Below are positions 16,726 to 25,426 of a stretch of DNA of 31,377 nt, piece after piece (the first letter of the stretch is position 1; every line of letters begins with the position of its first letter). The stretch is from the NCBI GenBank assembly GCA_964556035.1, contig CAZKVA010000002.1:1-31377 (forward strand), read 5' to 3'. Source of the DNA: an uncultured Actinomycetota bacterium (GTDB taxonomy: Bacteria > Actinomycetota > Humimicrobiia > Humimicrobiales > Humimicrobiaceae). The position numbers were made by a program, and so were the translations under genes. Under the pieces are notes generated by a model, which had not been told where the DNA came from, did no database searches, and saw only the letters and a list, made by a program, of their open reading frames with translations.

Positions 16726-17652
16726 ATGGATTTTTATGATGTGGTAATTATTGGTGGTGGGCCTGCAGGGCTTACAGCAGGTCTATACACAGGAAGAGCA
16801 GGTCTCAAGAGCATATTGCTGGAACGAGGCGTTTTTGGGGGGCAGATAATAAATGCTAGGCTAGTGGAAAACTATCCAGGTTTTCCTGAAGGTATTTCGG
16901 GAGCAGAGCTGGGCGATTCTATGTATCAGCAGGCAATTAGATATAACCTTGAGACTCTTACTACCGAGGTAACTGAAGCCAAGTCTGAAAACATTTATAC
17001 AGTCTATACCACCGAAGGCAGCATTCAAACTAAGTCAATTATTATTGCTGCTGGCTCCGAGTACCGCAAATTGAATGTCGATGGTGAGAAAAGGTTATCC
17101 GGATATGGTGTCTCTTATTGCGCAACTTGTGATGGTTTATTTTTTCGTGGAAAAAATGTAGCTGTAGTAGGTGGTGGCGACACTGCTATTACAGATGCCC
17201 TTGAGTTAACTCAACATGCAAATAAGGTCTATTTAATACATAGAAGAGACCAGCTTCGGGCAGGAAAATTGCTTCAAAAGCGAGCCCTTACCCATCCAAA
17301 ATTAGAATTCATATGGGATACGGTAGTGGATGAGGTTTTGGGAGATAAAATGCTAAGTGGTTTAGCATTATATAATGTTAAAACAGGTCAAAGGTCCAAC
17401 TTAAAAGTGGATGGCGTCTTTATAGCTGTGGGGCTCAAACCCTATAGCATAAGCTTCTCTAACATACTTGAACTTGATAATGAAGGTTATATCATCACCG
17501 ACCAGACAATGGCTACCTCAGCTGCCAGTATTTTTGCTGCAGGTGATATCCGCAGAAACTCAGCCCGCCAGATCGCTTCTGCAGTCGGTGATGGTGTTAC
17601 TGCTGCAATGTCCGCTTTTAAGTATATACAAGAGAAAGGTAATGGAAACTGA
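16726..17652 (+). CDS. trxB: NADPH-dependent thioredoxin reductase
   Basis: GGGPAG, SYCATCDG, GGGDTA, HRRDQLRA and AAGD. Confidence 0.95.
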   Translation: MDFYDVVIIGGGPAGLTAGLYTGRAGLKSILLERGVFGGQIINARLVENYPGFPEGISGAELGDSMYQQAIRYNLETLTTEVTEAKSENIYTVYTTEGSIQTKSIIIAAGSEYRKLNVDGEKRLSGYGVSYCATCDGLFFRGKNVAVVGGGDTAITDALELTQHANKVYLIHRRDQLRAGKLLQKRALTHPKLEFIWDTVVDEVLGDKMLSGLALYNVKTGQRSNLKVDGVFIAVGLKPYSISFSNILELDNEGYIITDQTMATSAASIFAAGDIRRNSARQIASAVGDGVTAAMSAFKYIQEKGNGN

Positions 17653-18172
17653 ATCACAAATTCTTAAAGTATTGAGACAGGTGGGGATAAAAAGAGGTCA
17701 GACCCTATTGGATTTTGGTTGCGGTTATGGGACATATGCGATACCGGCAGCTAAAATAGTCGGCGTGCGGGGTATAGTATATGCCTTAGATAAGGACAAA
17801 GAAATATTGGATAAGCTGATGCAAAAAGCAGTTTCACAGAACTTAAGAAATATAGAAAAGATGGTGATGATGGACGGGATAGAAATCGAATTAACCAATG
17901 ATTTTGTAGATGTGGTTCTTTTGTTTGATGTTTTTCATTTATTCTATTTCCCCTATAAAGATGATAGAAGAAGGCTCTTAAATGAAATTTATAGAATAAT
18001 GAAACCATCAGCATTCCTTTCTATTTCACTCTGGTCAAACTTGATGAAGGATAAAAGTGAAAATGAGATAAAGAATGCAAAATTTCGCTTAGTAAAGGAA
18101 ACTATGGAGACACTTACCAAAGATAATAAGGATCTTGAGAAGCGCAGAATCCTAAATTTCGTAAAGGTATAA
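17642..18172 (+). CDS. Class I SAM-dependent methyltransferase
   Basis: LDFGCGYG motif I, YALD and VDVVLL. Start set at METES (17642), overlapping the end of trxB; the longer ORF-track start lies inside trxB. Confidence 0.8.
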   Translation: METESQILKVLRQVGIKRGQTLLDFGCGYGTYAIPAAKIVGVRGIVYALDKDKEILDKLMQKAVSQNLRNIEKMVMMDGIEIELTNDFVDVVLLFDVFHLFYFPYKDDRRRLLNEIYRIMKPSAFLSISLWSNLMKDKSENEIKNAKFRLVKETMETLTKDNKDLEKRRILNFVKV

Positions 18173-18211
18173 TACTTTTTTACAACACAAACATGATTAT
18201 AAGGAGGCATT

Positions 18212-18757
18212 ATGAGCAAAGTAATAGAAGTTACTGATCAAAATTTTGAAGAGGAGGTTCTTGGGTCCAACCTCCCAACGGAGATTGATTTCTGGGCACC
18301 ATGGTGCGGCCCTTGCAGGATGGTTTCACCTATATATGATAAACTTTCAGAGGAGTATGAGGGAAAGTTTAAATTCTGCAAGATGGACGTAGATCAAAAC
18401 CAACAGACAGCAGGCAGATATCAGATTATGAGTATACCAATGCAGATGTTCTTCAACGGTGGAGATAAGATAGATGAACTCCTGGGTGCAGTCCCTGAAA
18501 ATACAATCCGGACAATGGTTGAAGATATTCTCAATAGGTTCCCTACTGATGAAATGGGAAGGTTTAAAGTACTCTTAAGTTCTTGGGTCGATAATAACAA
18601 AAAGTATACTGAGAAATTTGGTAAATTGGTTGAGAAATCTAGTAACTTTAAAGGTAAATTGATTTATAACAATGCATTAGAAGCAGCGCAAGAGATACAG
18701 AAAGCTAACGATAAATTATTTCAAGTATTAAGAGAATTAGAAGGAGGAATCAAATAA
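18212..18757 (+). CDS. trxA: Thioredoxin with a ~73-aa C-terminal helical extension
   Basis: DFWAPWCGPC and SIP cis-Pro, with SD AAGGAGG. The Trx fold ends at about residue 108 of 181. Confidence 0.88.
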   Translation: MSKVIEVTDQNFEEEVLGSNLPTEIDFWAPWCGPCRMVSPIYDKLSEEYEGKFKFCKMDVDQNQQTAGRYQIMSIPMQMFFNGGDKIDELLGAVPENTIRTMVEDILNRFPTDEMGRFKVLLSSWVDNNKKYTEKFGKLVEKSSNFKGKLIYNNALEAAQEIQKANDKLFQVLRELEGGIK

Positions 18758-18809
18758 AGTAAAAATCAAGTTTAATGTCTGTAATAATGAAAGGTTTTAT
18801 TAAAAATAA

Positions 18810-19451
18810 ATGAAAAAGAAATCTTTTAAAGATTATACAATTGTAGCCTGTGGGACACTTTCTCCAGAACTAAATTATCTAAAAAAGAATGATTTTTTGG
18901 ATGCAAAAAAAGTTCTATTTACAAAACCAGGAAGACATGAAGCCCCAGTAGAGTTAGAGAAACAACTTATTGAAAAAATAAATCTTGCCAAAAAATACTC
19001 CAATAAAATAATAGTAGTTTATGGTGGAAAATATTGCTATATAAATATTAGAGAGCCTAATAAATCTATAGATAAAATAATTAAAAGCCAGGGTAAGGAG
19101 ATCCAAAGAATAAATGCGAGCCACTGCCTAGACATGTTGGCCAGTCAAAAACAAAGAGATAAAATAGCACTTGAGGTGTCTGATGGTAAAAGGGTATGGT
19201 GGCTTACCCCGGGATGGTTGCTATATAGACATTCTGTTTTTCAGGATTGGGATAATGCCATGGCTAATGAAAATTTCCCCCAGCATAGCGGTGGGGCAAT
19301 TCTCCTGGATGGTATTGGATTCTGGGATAAATATAGTGAAACCCATCCTGAAAAAATTCTTGAATTTTCAGACTGGATGGGTATCCAGATCCAACCCTAT
19401 GAAATTTCACTTGACCGTTTTAAAGACCTTCTTTTAGAAAGGATTCACTAA
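18810..19451 (+). CDS. DUF1638-domain protein (typically associated with corrinoid methyltransfer genes)
   Basis: IVACG.L..EL, VYG..YC, HC.DML and WLTPGW pattern. Confidence 0.72.
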   Translation: MKKKSFKDYTIVACGTLSPELNYLKKNDFLDAKKVLFTKPGRHEAPVELEKQLIEKINLAKKYSNKIIVVYGGKYCYINIREPNKSIDKIIKSQGKEIQRINASHCLDMLASQKQRDKIALEVSDGKRVWWLTPGWLLYRHSVFQDWDNAMANENFPQHSGGAILLDGIGFWDKYSETHPEKILEFSDWMGIQIQPYEISLDRFKDLLLERIH

Positions 19452-19536
19452 AGAAAAACATATTAATTTACCAATATTTTTAGCAATTTAAATTTAACTA
19501 TTATTTAAAATAAATCCAAAAGAAAGGAAATCTAAA

Positions 19537-20175
19537 ATGGCAAAATACCAGGATCTGGCTAATTCTATAGTTAGAGGAGATAATATAGCTTCTAAGGAAA
19601 TAGCAGAAAAACTTGTAGCAGATGGTGTATCTGCCACTGAGATCTTAAATAATGGCCTCATGCCAGGTATGAATGTAGTAGGTAAGAAGTTTAAGGCTAA
19701 TGAGATGTATATCCCTGAAGTGTTAATAGCAGCAAGGGCCATGCATGCTGCCATGGATATAATAAAGCCACTATTGTCAGAGACAGGTGAAGAAGGGAAA
19801 GGCAGTATCGCAATCGGCACAGTACAGGGAGACCTGCATGATATCGGAAAGAACCTGGTTGGCATGATGCTTGAAGGCGGAGGATATGATGTAGTGGATC
19901 TTGGTGTTGATATTCCTGCTGAAAAGTATATAGAAACAATCAAAAAAAACAAAATAAAAGTAGTAGGATTATCTGCTTTGCTTACTACCACTATGCCAGG
20001 CATGAAAGATATAATCGATGCCCTAAAGGCTGACCCTGAAACTGCCGGTACCAAAGTTATGGTAGGAGGTGCACCGCTTACCCAGGAATATGCAGACTCC
20101 ATAGGTGCTGATGGTTATGCTCCTGATTCTGCATCTGCAGTAGATCTTGCAGATAAATTGATGGGTCACATTTAG
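19537..20175 (+). CDS. Methyltransferase-cognate corrinoid (B12-binding) protein
   Basis: N-terminal cap domain (G..VVG.KF...EMYIPEVL.AA), DLHDIGKNLV with the axial His, and SALLTTT and VGGAP. Confidence 0.93.
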   Translation: MAKYQDLANSIVRGDNIASKEIAEKLVADGVSATEILNNGLMPGMNVVGKKFKANEMYIPEVLIAARAMHAAMDIIKPLLSETGEEGKGSIAIGTVQGDLHDIGKNLVGMMLEGGGYDVVDLGVDIPAEKYIETIKKNKIKVVGLSALLTTTMPGMKDIIDALKADPETAGTKVMVGGAPLTQEYADSIGADGYAPDSASAVDLADKLMGHI

Positions 20176-20270
20176 AGTCTGGGCAAGTACTGTTAAATCA
20201 TATTCTCACTAAATGCAAACAGGGGTATTAGTTTTGGAAAAGCTAAAAAAAGTCTTAAGAGAAAAAAGTA

Positions 20271-20299
20271 GATGATATAAATAATATATTTATATCATC
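20271..20299. repeat. Perfect 13-bp inverted repeat with a 3-nt spacer
   Basis: GATGATATAAATA-ATA-TATTTATATCATC. Confidence 0.7.
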
Positions 20300-20541
20300 A
20301 TTTACACCTAGAAAGTGTGGAATTAGCTTATAAAATATTCCAGCAATAGTATATATAATAAATTCAAGTTAAAACCATTATTAATTGTTTAAAAATCAAT
20401 AATTATCCTATAATTTAAATAATTTTTTTATTGATATTTTTGAAAATATCTCTATAATGCTTAAACTTGGTTAGTACTTTTAAAAAAAGTATTAACAAAT
20501 TTATTAAAATTTTATGATTTATAACTTAAAAAAAGGTAAAA

Positions 20542-21057
20542 ATGACAAATAGATATAATATAGTCATCAATATATTATTCTGGGTCCTCGTCTCAGTTTT
20601 GATCTTTCTTGCAGTAATTGTTGTACTTACTCAGAATGACCACATGGATTCATTTCTTGTAAAAACAGAGACTGAAATAGTGGTAGAAAAAAAACCAGTC
20701 TATATTACTAATGTAAAGGAAATCGAAAAAGAGACTGAGTGGTTTTATTTTGTTGCAACAGGTTATAGTGCTAACGATCCTCTTCAGGGGACAAATAATA
20801 TAACCGCTACCGGTAAAGAGATCAAGAAAGGCATGGTATCTGTTGACCCAAAGATCATCCCTCTTGGAACGCGGATCGAGATAAAGGATACAGGTCTTTT
20901 TGTTGCTGAGGATACCGGAGGCAAGATAAAGGGAAACAGGATAGACATATATTTTGAGACTAAAGAAGAGGCCAAAGAATTCGGGCGCCAGACAATATGG
21001 GTCAGGGTGCTGGGGAACAGTATTGAATTAGCCGAAGTACTTGATGATTCAAAGTAA
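20542..21057 (+). CDS. Membrane-anchored 3D-domain (MltA-like) cell-wall protein
   Basis: N-terminal TM helix, ATGYS, VDP.IIPLGT, AEDTGG.IKGNRIDIYF; the three Asp residues are present. Confidence 0.88.
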   Translation: MTNRYNIVINILFWVLVSVLIFLAVIVVLTQNDHMDSFLVKTETEIVVEKKPVYITNVKEIEKETEWFYFVATGYSANDPLQGTNNITATGKEIKKGMVSVDPKIIPLGTRIEIKDTGLFVAEDTGGKIKGNRIDIYFETKEEAKEFGRQTIWVRVLGNSIELAEVLDDSK

Positions 21058-21474
21058 AAATAACCGATATAAATAAAATCAATGTTTCTGTCTGAACCAA
21101 TAGTGGGTTAAAAGTCTAATGATATAGTAATGAATCAGTGTCTGTGCTTGAGATTAAGAATCCTGGATGAAGTCAAAGGTGTCCATTTATTGTACTGTCA
21201 AGACTCCCTTTTATACAAAGGACTGTTTTTTTCATCACGGTCCATAATAGTAAAATATCCGATTCTATTAACAGGCTCATCATGTATTGGAAAACCATCC
21301 ATAAAACCACGGTGCTATAAAATTATATTAGTTCATATTGGCCGAAATTATAAAATTTCTGAATCAAAATAATTAAACAAGATAGTAATTGATAAAAAAA
21401 GAAATTCTTTTAAAATATACTAATTAGCTAAGGTAGTAATATATGTAATTTACTGCAAGAAAAACGGGAGAAAG

Positions 21475-23013
21475 ATGAAAATAAAGAAATACCTTCTATA
21501 CCTGCTTATCCTTATAGTAGCCGGGGCAATAACAGTAAGCATTTTTTATACCTTAAGGGGTAGTGATGATGCTGATATAGCATCTGGATCGCAGGCTGAT
21601 AAAGAAAATGACCTGGAAGCTACTGAGGACAAATCTGATGAGACTATTCCGGAAGAAAATAGTGATGAGACTGAAGACGCAATAGAAGAAGTCGTGGAGA
21701 TAGAAAATTATTATACAAGCACTTCAGGGGAATTTACTAATTATGGTTTTATCTGTCCCGAAGGATGGACGCTTGAAGAAGGTGCTGGCGGAAGTAGGAT
21801 AGTTTTAACAAATACCGGAGTGGACTCTTCTTCTGCAGAGACTATGATGATAATAGTGGAAAAAATGGACAGCTTTAAATCTACAGATGAACCAGAAGGG
21901 ATAGTTGAAGGATATATGGCATTATCCGTGGAGGCCCCGATCGGTGGAGAACCCATTTTGAATAAAAATATAAAGATCGATCAATTTGATGCAGAGATCA
22001 CAGGGTATTTATATAAAAGTGGATTTTCAAAAAATAGTGACAAAGATGATGATGGTGATGACCAGGAAACTGAAGATGAAAACTATGCTGACGAAATAGA
22101 TATGCTGACATATTTATCGGATGGTGATCATGTTTATATAATGAAATACATGGGCAGCGGAATAGATATTGGGCCCGCGCAGGATACTTTTACCGATTTT
22201 TTGTCGACTTTTTCTTTTGAAAGCGGTATTCCACAGACCAGAGAAGAAGACGGCAGTCCCTCGATAAATATATTAGTACTTGGAGTCGACAGCGGATTGG
22301 GAAGAGACTGGGGGAGAAGCAGTGCAAGATCAGATATTAATATGATATTGCATATAAACCTTGAAACTAATGAATCAACCATTGTCACAATACCAAGGGA
22401 TTTGTGGGTACCCATAGAAGGGCATAATGATGGCAAGATAAATGGCGCATATGCAATGGGTGGACCCGAACTTGCAGTCGAGACTTTTGAGAATTTTTCA
22501 GGTCTCGAGATCGATAATTATATCATTACAGATTTTGATGGTTTTATCCCGCTGATAGACTTTATGGGCGGTATTACGGTGGAAGTAAATGAAGATATGG
22601 CCGATGGTTTTTCGGGATGTTATTTGAGTAAAGGTGTTCACCATCTCAATGGCGAACAAGCTCTGGCACTCTCCAGAAACAGACATCGGAGCGGGGATGG
22701 AACCACTTCCGGGGGAGCATGGGCAAGAGAACGGGAAGCAGCAAAGATCATAAAGGCCCTTTATGAGCAGAAGACTACGCTTGAGAAAATAATTGCACTT
22801 CCGGCTTTTGGTAATTTCCTTCTTAAATATACCTGGACTGATCTTGATTTTATGGATATATTAAAACTACTTCCGGTACTGGGGAATATAGATCCAAACG
22901 ATATGAGTATAAGGGGAGTTCCTTCATATAGCCAGATGGTAGGAAAGGCCAGTGCCGTTGTTCATTATGAAGAAGAGACAAAACAATTATTTGAAGAAAT
23001 AGCCGGTCAATAG
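21475..23013 (+). CDS. LCP (LytR-CpsA-Psr) protein with an N-terminal PsbP/DcrB-like domain
   Basis: TM anchor, acidic linker, F.CPEGW...VYIMKY...F..FLSTFSF domain, then INILVLGVD, RSD, IPRD, KINGAYA.GG, LNGEQAL and R.R. Confidence 0.82.
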   Translation: MKIKKYLLYLLILIVAGAITVSIFYTLRGSDDADIASGSQADKENDLEATEDKSDETIPEENSDETEDAIEEVVEIENYYTSTSGEFTNYGFICPEGWTLEEGAGGSRIVLTNTGVDSSSAETMMIIVEKMDSFKSTDEPEGIVEGYMALSVEAPIGGEPILNKNIKIDQFDAEITGYLYKSGFSKNSDKDDDGDDQETEDENYADEIDMLTYLSDGDHVYIMKYMGSGIDIGPAQDTFTDFLSTFSFESGIPQTREEDGSPSINILVLGVDSGLGRDWGRSSARSDINMILHINLETNESTIVTIPRDLWVPIEGHNDGKINGAYAMGGPELAVETFENFSGLEIDNYIITDFDGFIPLIDFMGGITVEVNEDMADGFSGCYLSKGVHHLNGEQALALSRNRHRSGDGTTSGGAWAREREAAKIIKALYEQKTTLEKIIALPAFGNFLLKYTWTDLDFMDILKLLPVLGNIDPNDMSIRGVPSYSQMVGKASAVVHYEEETKQLFEEIAGQ

Positions 23014-23065
23014 TATTGGATTGAGTAGAATTAAAGAACATCTTAATAAAGGTTCTGCAGAATAA

Positions 23066-23094
23066 TTGACTTTTAAAAAATAAGTAGTTAATAT
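23066..23094 (+). promoter_or_regulatory. Sigma70-type promoter for tRNA-Gly/thrS
   Basis: TTGACT-N17-TAATAT. Confidence 0.55.
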
Positions 23095-23140
23095 TTGTTT
23101 TGCAAAAAAAAAATGGTAATATGATAAATTACTAAATCGG

Positions 23141-23216
23141 GCGGAAGTAGCTCAGCTGGTAGAGCATCACCTTGCCAAGGTGGGGGTCGCGGGTCCGAAT
23201 CCCGTCTTCCGCTCCA
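23141..23216 (+). tRNA. tRNA-Gly(GCC)
   Basis: 76-nt cloverleaf with GCGGAAG/CTTCCGC acceptor stem, anticodon loop TTGCCAA, U73 and encoded CCA. The T-loop reads TCCGAAT. Confidence 0.95.
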
Positions 23217-23258
23217 TTATTTTTTTATAACTAATTTCTTGGATAGGCTTTTGGAGTC

Positions 23259-25211
23259 ATGCTATTTGAAAAAGACATGATAAAAATAAAATTTGATGAT
23301 CTTGGAGAAATAGAAGTTCAAAAAGGTACCTCTATTATTGAAGCTGCAGGATTCATTGATAAAAAATCTGCAAAAAGAGCCATTGCTGCCGAGATATCAA
23401 GCAGTAAAAAAGGTACTGGACAGAGTATCATGGTAGATATGAGTTTTATCCTGGATAAGAATACACAGATAAATCTCATAAACCCTGGACCAGATGAGAA
23501 ATCACTCGATATGATAAATCACAGTACGGCCCATCTTATGGCTGCAGCGATAAAAAAGGTATATCCTGAAGCTATTTTTGCAATAGGCCCCTCCATAAAG
23601 AATGGTTTTTATTATGATTTTGAATTGGAGGGTAACATAAGTCCCGATGATCTTCCATCTATTGAAAAGCAGATGAAAAAGATGATAGGCGGAAATCATG
23701 CTTTTTTGAGAGAAGAGGTCAGTAAGGAAAAGGCAAAAGAGATATTTAAAGATAATCCTTTTAAACTGGAGCTTATTTCCGAGATACCCGATAAGAATGT
23801 AAGTATTTACCGCACAGGTGATTTTATAGATCTCTGTACCGGTCCGCATATTCCTTCTACATCCAGGATAGAAGCATTTAAGCTTCTAAGTATCGCAGGA
23901 GCATACTGGAGAGGTGATGAAAAAAATCAGATGCTTGTAAGGATCTATGGAACATCTTTTTTTAGCAAAGAAGATTTAAAAAATCATCTTGAAAGGATTG
24001 AAAGAGCAAAACAAAGTGACCACAGAAAAATCGGTAAGGAGCTTGACCTTTTTAGTTTTCATGATGAAGCGCCTGGTTTCCCATTCTTTCATCCCAGGGG
24101 TATGGTAATAAGAAACAGCATCCTCAAGTATTGGAGAGAAGAGCACCTGAAAGAAGGTTATCTTGAGGTCAGCAGTCCGATGATACTCTCTAGTAGTCTT
24201 TGGAAGACTTCAGGACACTGGGACAATTATGCTGAAAACATGTATTTTGTAGAGATAGATGAAAATGAGTATGCAGTCAAACCGATGAACTGTCCCGGTA
24301 ATATTTTGATATATAAGAATAGCCAGCATTCATACAGGGAACTCCCATTAAAGTATGTTGAGCTTGGCCTGGTGCACAGACATGAAAAATCAGGAGTCCT
24401 GCATGGACTTTTCAGGGTAAGGAACTTCACTCAGGATGATGCGCATATATTCTGTACCGAAGAACAGTTGTTTGAACAGGTAGGCAATATAATAGACCTT
24501 ATAGACAGGATGTATAAAGTATTCGGTTTTGAGAAATATCATGTCGAACTCTCTACAAGGCCTGATAAAAGCATTGGATCTGTCAAGATGTGGGATAAAG
24601 CTGAAGGAATCTTAAAAACCATCATCGAAGGAAAAAACATTGACTATAGGATAAATGAAGGTGATGGAGCATTTTATGGACCCAAAATAGATTTTCATAT
24701 AAGGGATTGTCTTGACAGGACCTGGCAGTGTGCAACGATCCAGCTGGATTTTGCCATGCCTGAAAAATTTGATATTCAATATGTAGGCGAAGACAATGAA
24801 AAACACAGACCCGTGATGATACACCGTACCGTGCTTGGAAGTATAGAAAGATTTATGGGAATACTTCTTGAAAATTATAGCGGGAACCTGCCGCCCTGGC
24901 TGGCTCCTGAACAGATAATAATACTTCCAATATCTGAAAAATACGATAAATATTCAGACAAAACATACAGGGAAATTAAAAAAGCAGGATGTCGGGTAAT
25001 TATTGATAGAAGGGTAGAATCCCTTAATAAAAAGATCCGGCAGGCCGAGCTGAGCAAGATACCCTATATGGTAATAATAGGGGAAAAAGAAGAAGAATCT
25101 GGTACTATTACTATAAGAAAAAAAATCGGCGGAGAGATCAGGGAAATTAAAATTACTGATTTTTTAAAGACTTTTAAAGATATTGTAAATAACCGGAAAA
25201 TCAAATATTGA
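23259..25211 (+). CDS. thrS: Threonine--tRNA ligase
   Basis: HSTAH, DLCTGPH, DHRKIG, KPMNCPG, HRHE.SG.LHGL.RVR.FTQDDAH and GAFYGPKID. Confidence 0.97.
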   Translation: MLFEKDMIKIKFDDLGEIEVQKGTSIIEAAGFIDKKSAKRAIAAEISSSKKGTGQSIMVDMSFILDKNTQINLINPGPDEKSLDMINHSTAHLMAAAIKKVYPEAIFAIGPSIKNGFYYDFELEGNISPDDLPSIEKQMKKMIGGNHAFLREEVSKEKAKEIFKDNPFKLELISEIPDKNVSIYRTGDFIDLCTGPHIPSTSRIEAFKLLSIAGAYWRGDEKNQMLVRIYGTSFFSKEDLKNHLERIERAKQSDHRKIGKELDLFSFHDEAPGFPFFHPRGMVIRNSILKYWREEHLKEGYLEVSSPMILSSSLWKTSGHWDNYAENMYFVEIDENEYAVKPMNCPGNILIYKNSQHSYRELPLKYVELGLVHRHEKSGVLHGLFRVRNFTQDDAHIFCTEEQLFEQVGNIIDLIDRMYKVFGFEKYHVELSTRPDKSIGSVKMWDKAEGILKTIIEGKNIDYRINEGDGAFYGPKIDFHIRDCLDRTWQCATIQLDFAMPEKFDIQYVGEDNEKHRPVMIHRTVLGSIERFMGILLENYSGNLPPWLAPEQIIILPISEKYDKYSDKTYREIKKAGCRVIIDRRVESLNKKIRQAELSKIPYMVIIGEKEEESGTITIRKKIGGEIREIKITDFLKTFKDIVNNRKIKY

Positions 25212-25222
25212 TTTTTGAAGTA

Positions 25223-25251
25223 TAGACAAATAAGGCCAATACTAGTATAAT
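25223..25251 (+). promoter_or_regulatory. Sigma70-type promoter of infC-rpmI-rplT
   Basis: TAGACA-N17-TATAAT. Confidence 0.65.
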
Positions 25252-25291
25252 TTACAATAGTTGGTAAAATTGTGATAAAAAGTTGAAGACA

Positions 25292-25402
25292 AATAAGTAG
25301 GAATCATCTATTTCTCACCAGATAGCGGCTGACTAAACGGTTTGCTGATCTGGTTATATATATTAATAATAGGTAGATGATTAAGTCTACCTATTTTTTT
25401 TT
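25292..25402 (+). ncRNA. L20 leader (ribosomal protein autoregulatory attenuator)
   Basis: AATAAGTAG...TTTCTCACC start as in Firmicute L20 leaders. Terminator AATAGGTAGA-N8-TCTACCTATT plus T-tract (25368-25402). The competing pairing AATCATCTA (25302-25310) with TAGATGATT (25374-25382) can act as antiterminator. Confidence 0.8.
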
Positions 25403-25426
25403 AAAAAAGATGGAGGTGAAGGATTC

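Noticed and set aside
17468-17641. N-terminal extension of the methyltransferase ORF
   Set aside because: It lies inside trxB in another frame. The ATG at 17642 gives a normal-sized protein.
21130-21372. 80-aa plus-strand ORF, and a minus-strand frame 21302-21135 with an internal TGA (MDGFPIHDEP...RES*QYNKW...)
   Set aside because: There are no recognisable motifs, no clear SD and no SECIS-like hairpin. A decayed gene is possible but unsupported.
23141-23258. tRNA-Gly as an integration site
   Set aside because: There is no integrase and no duplicated tRNA 3' end in the window, and thrS follows directly.
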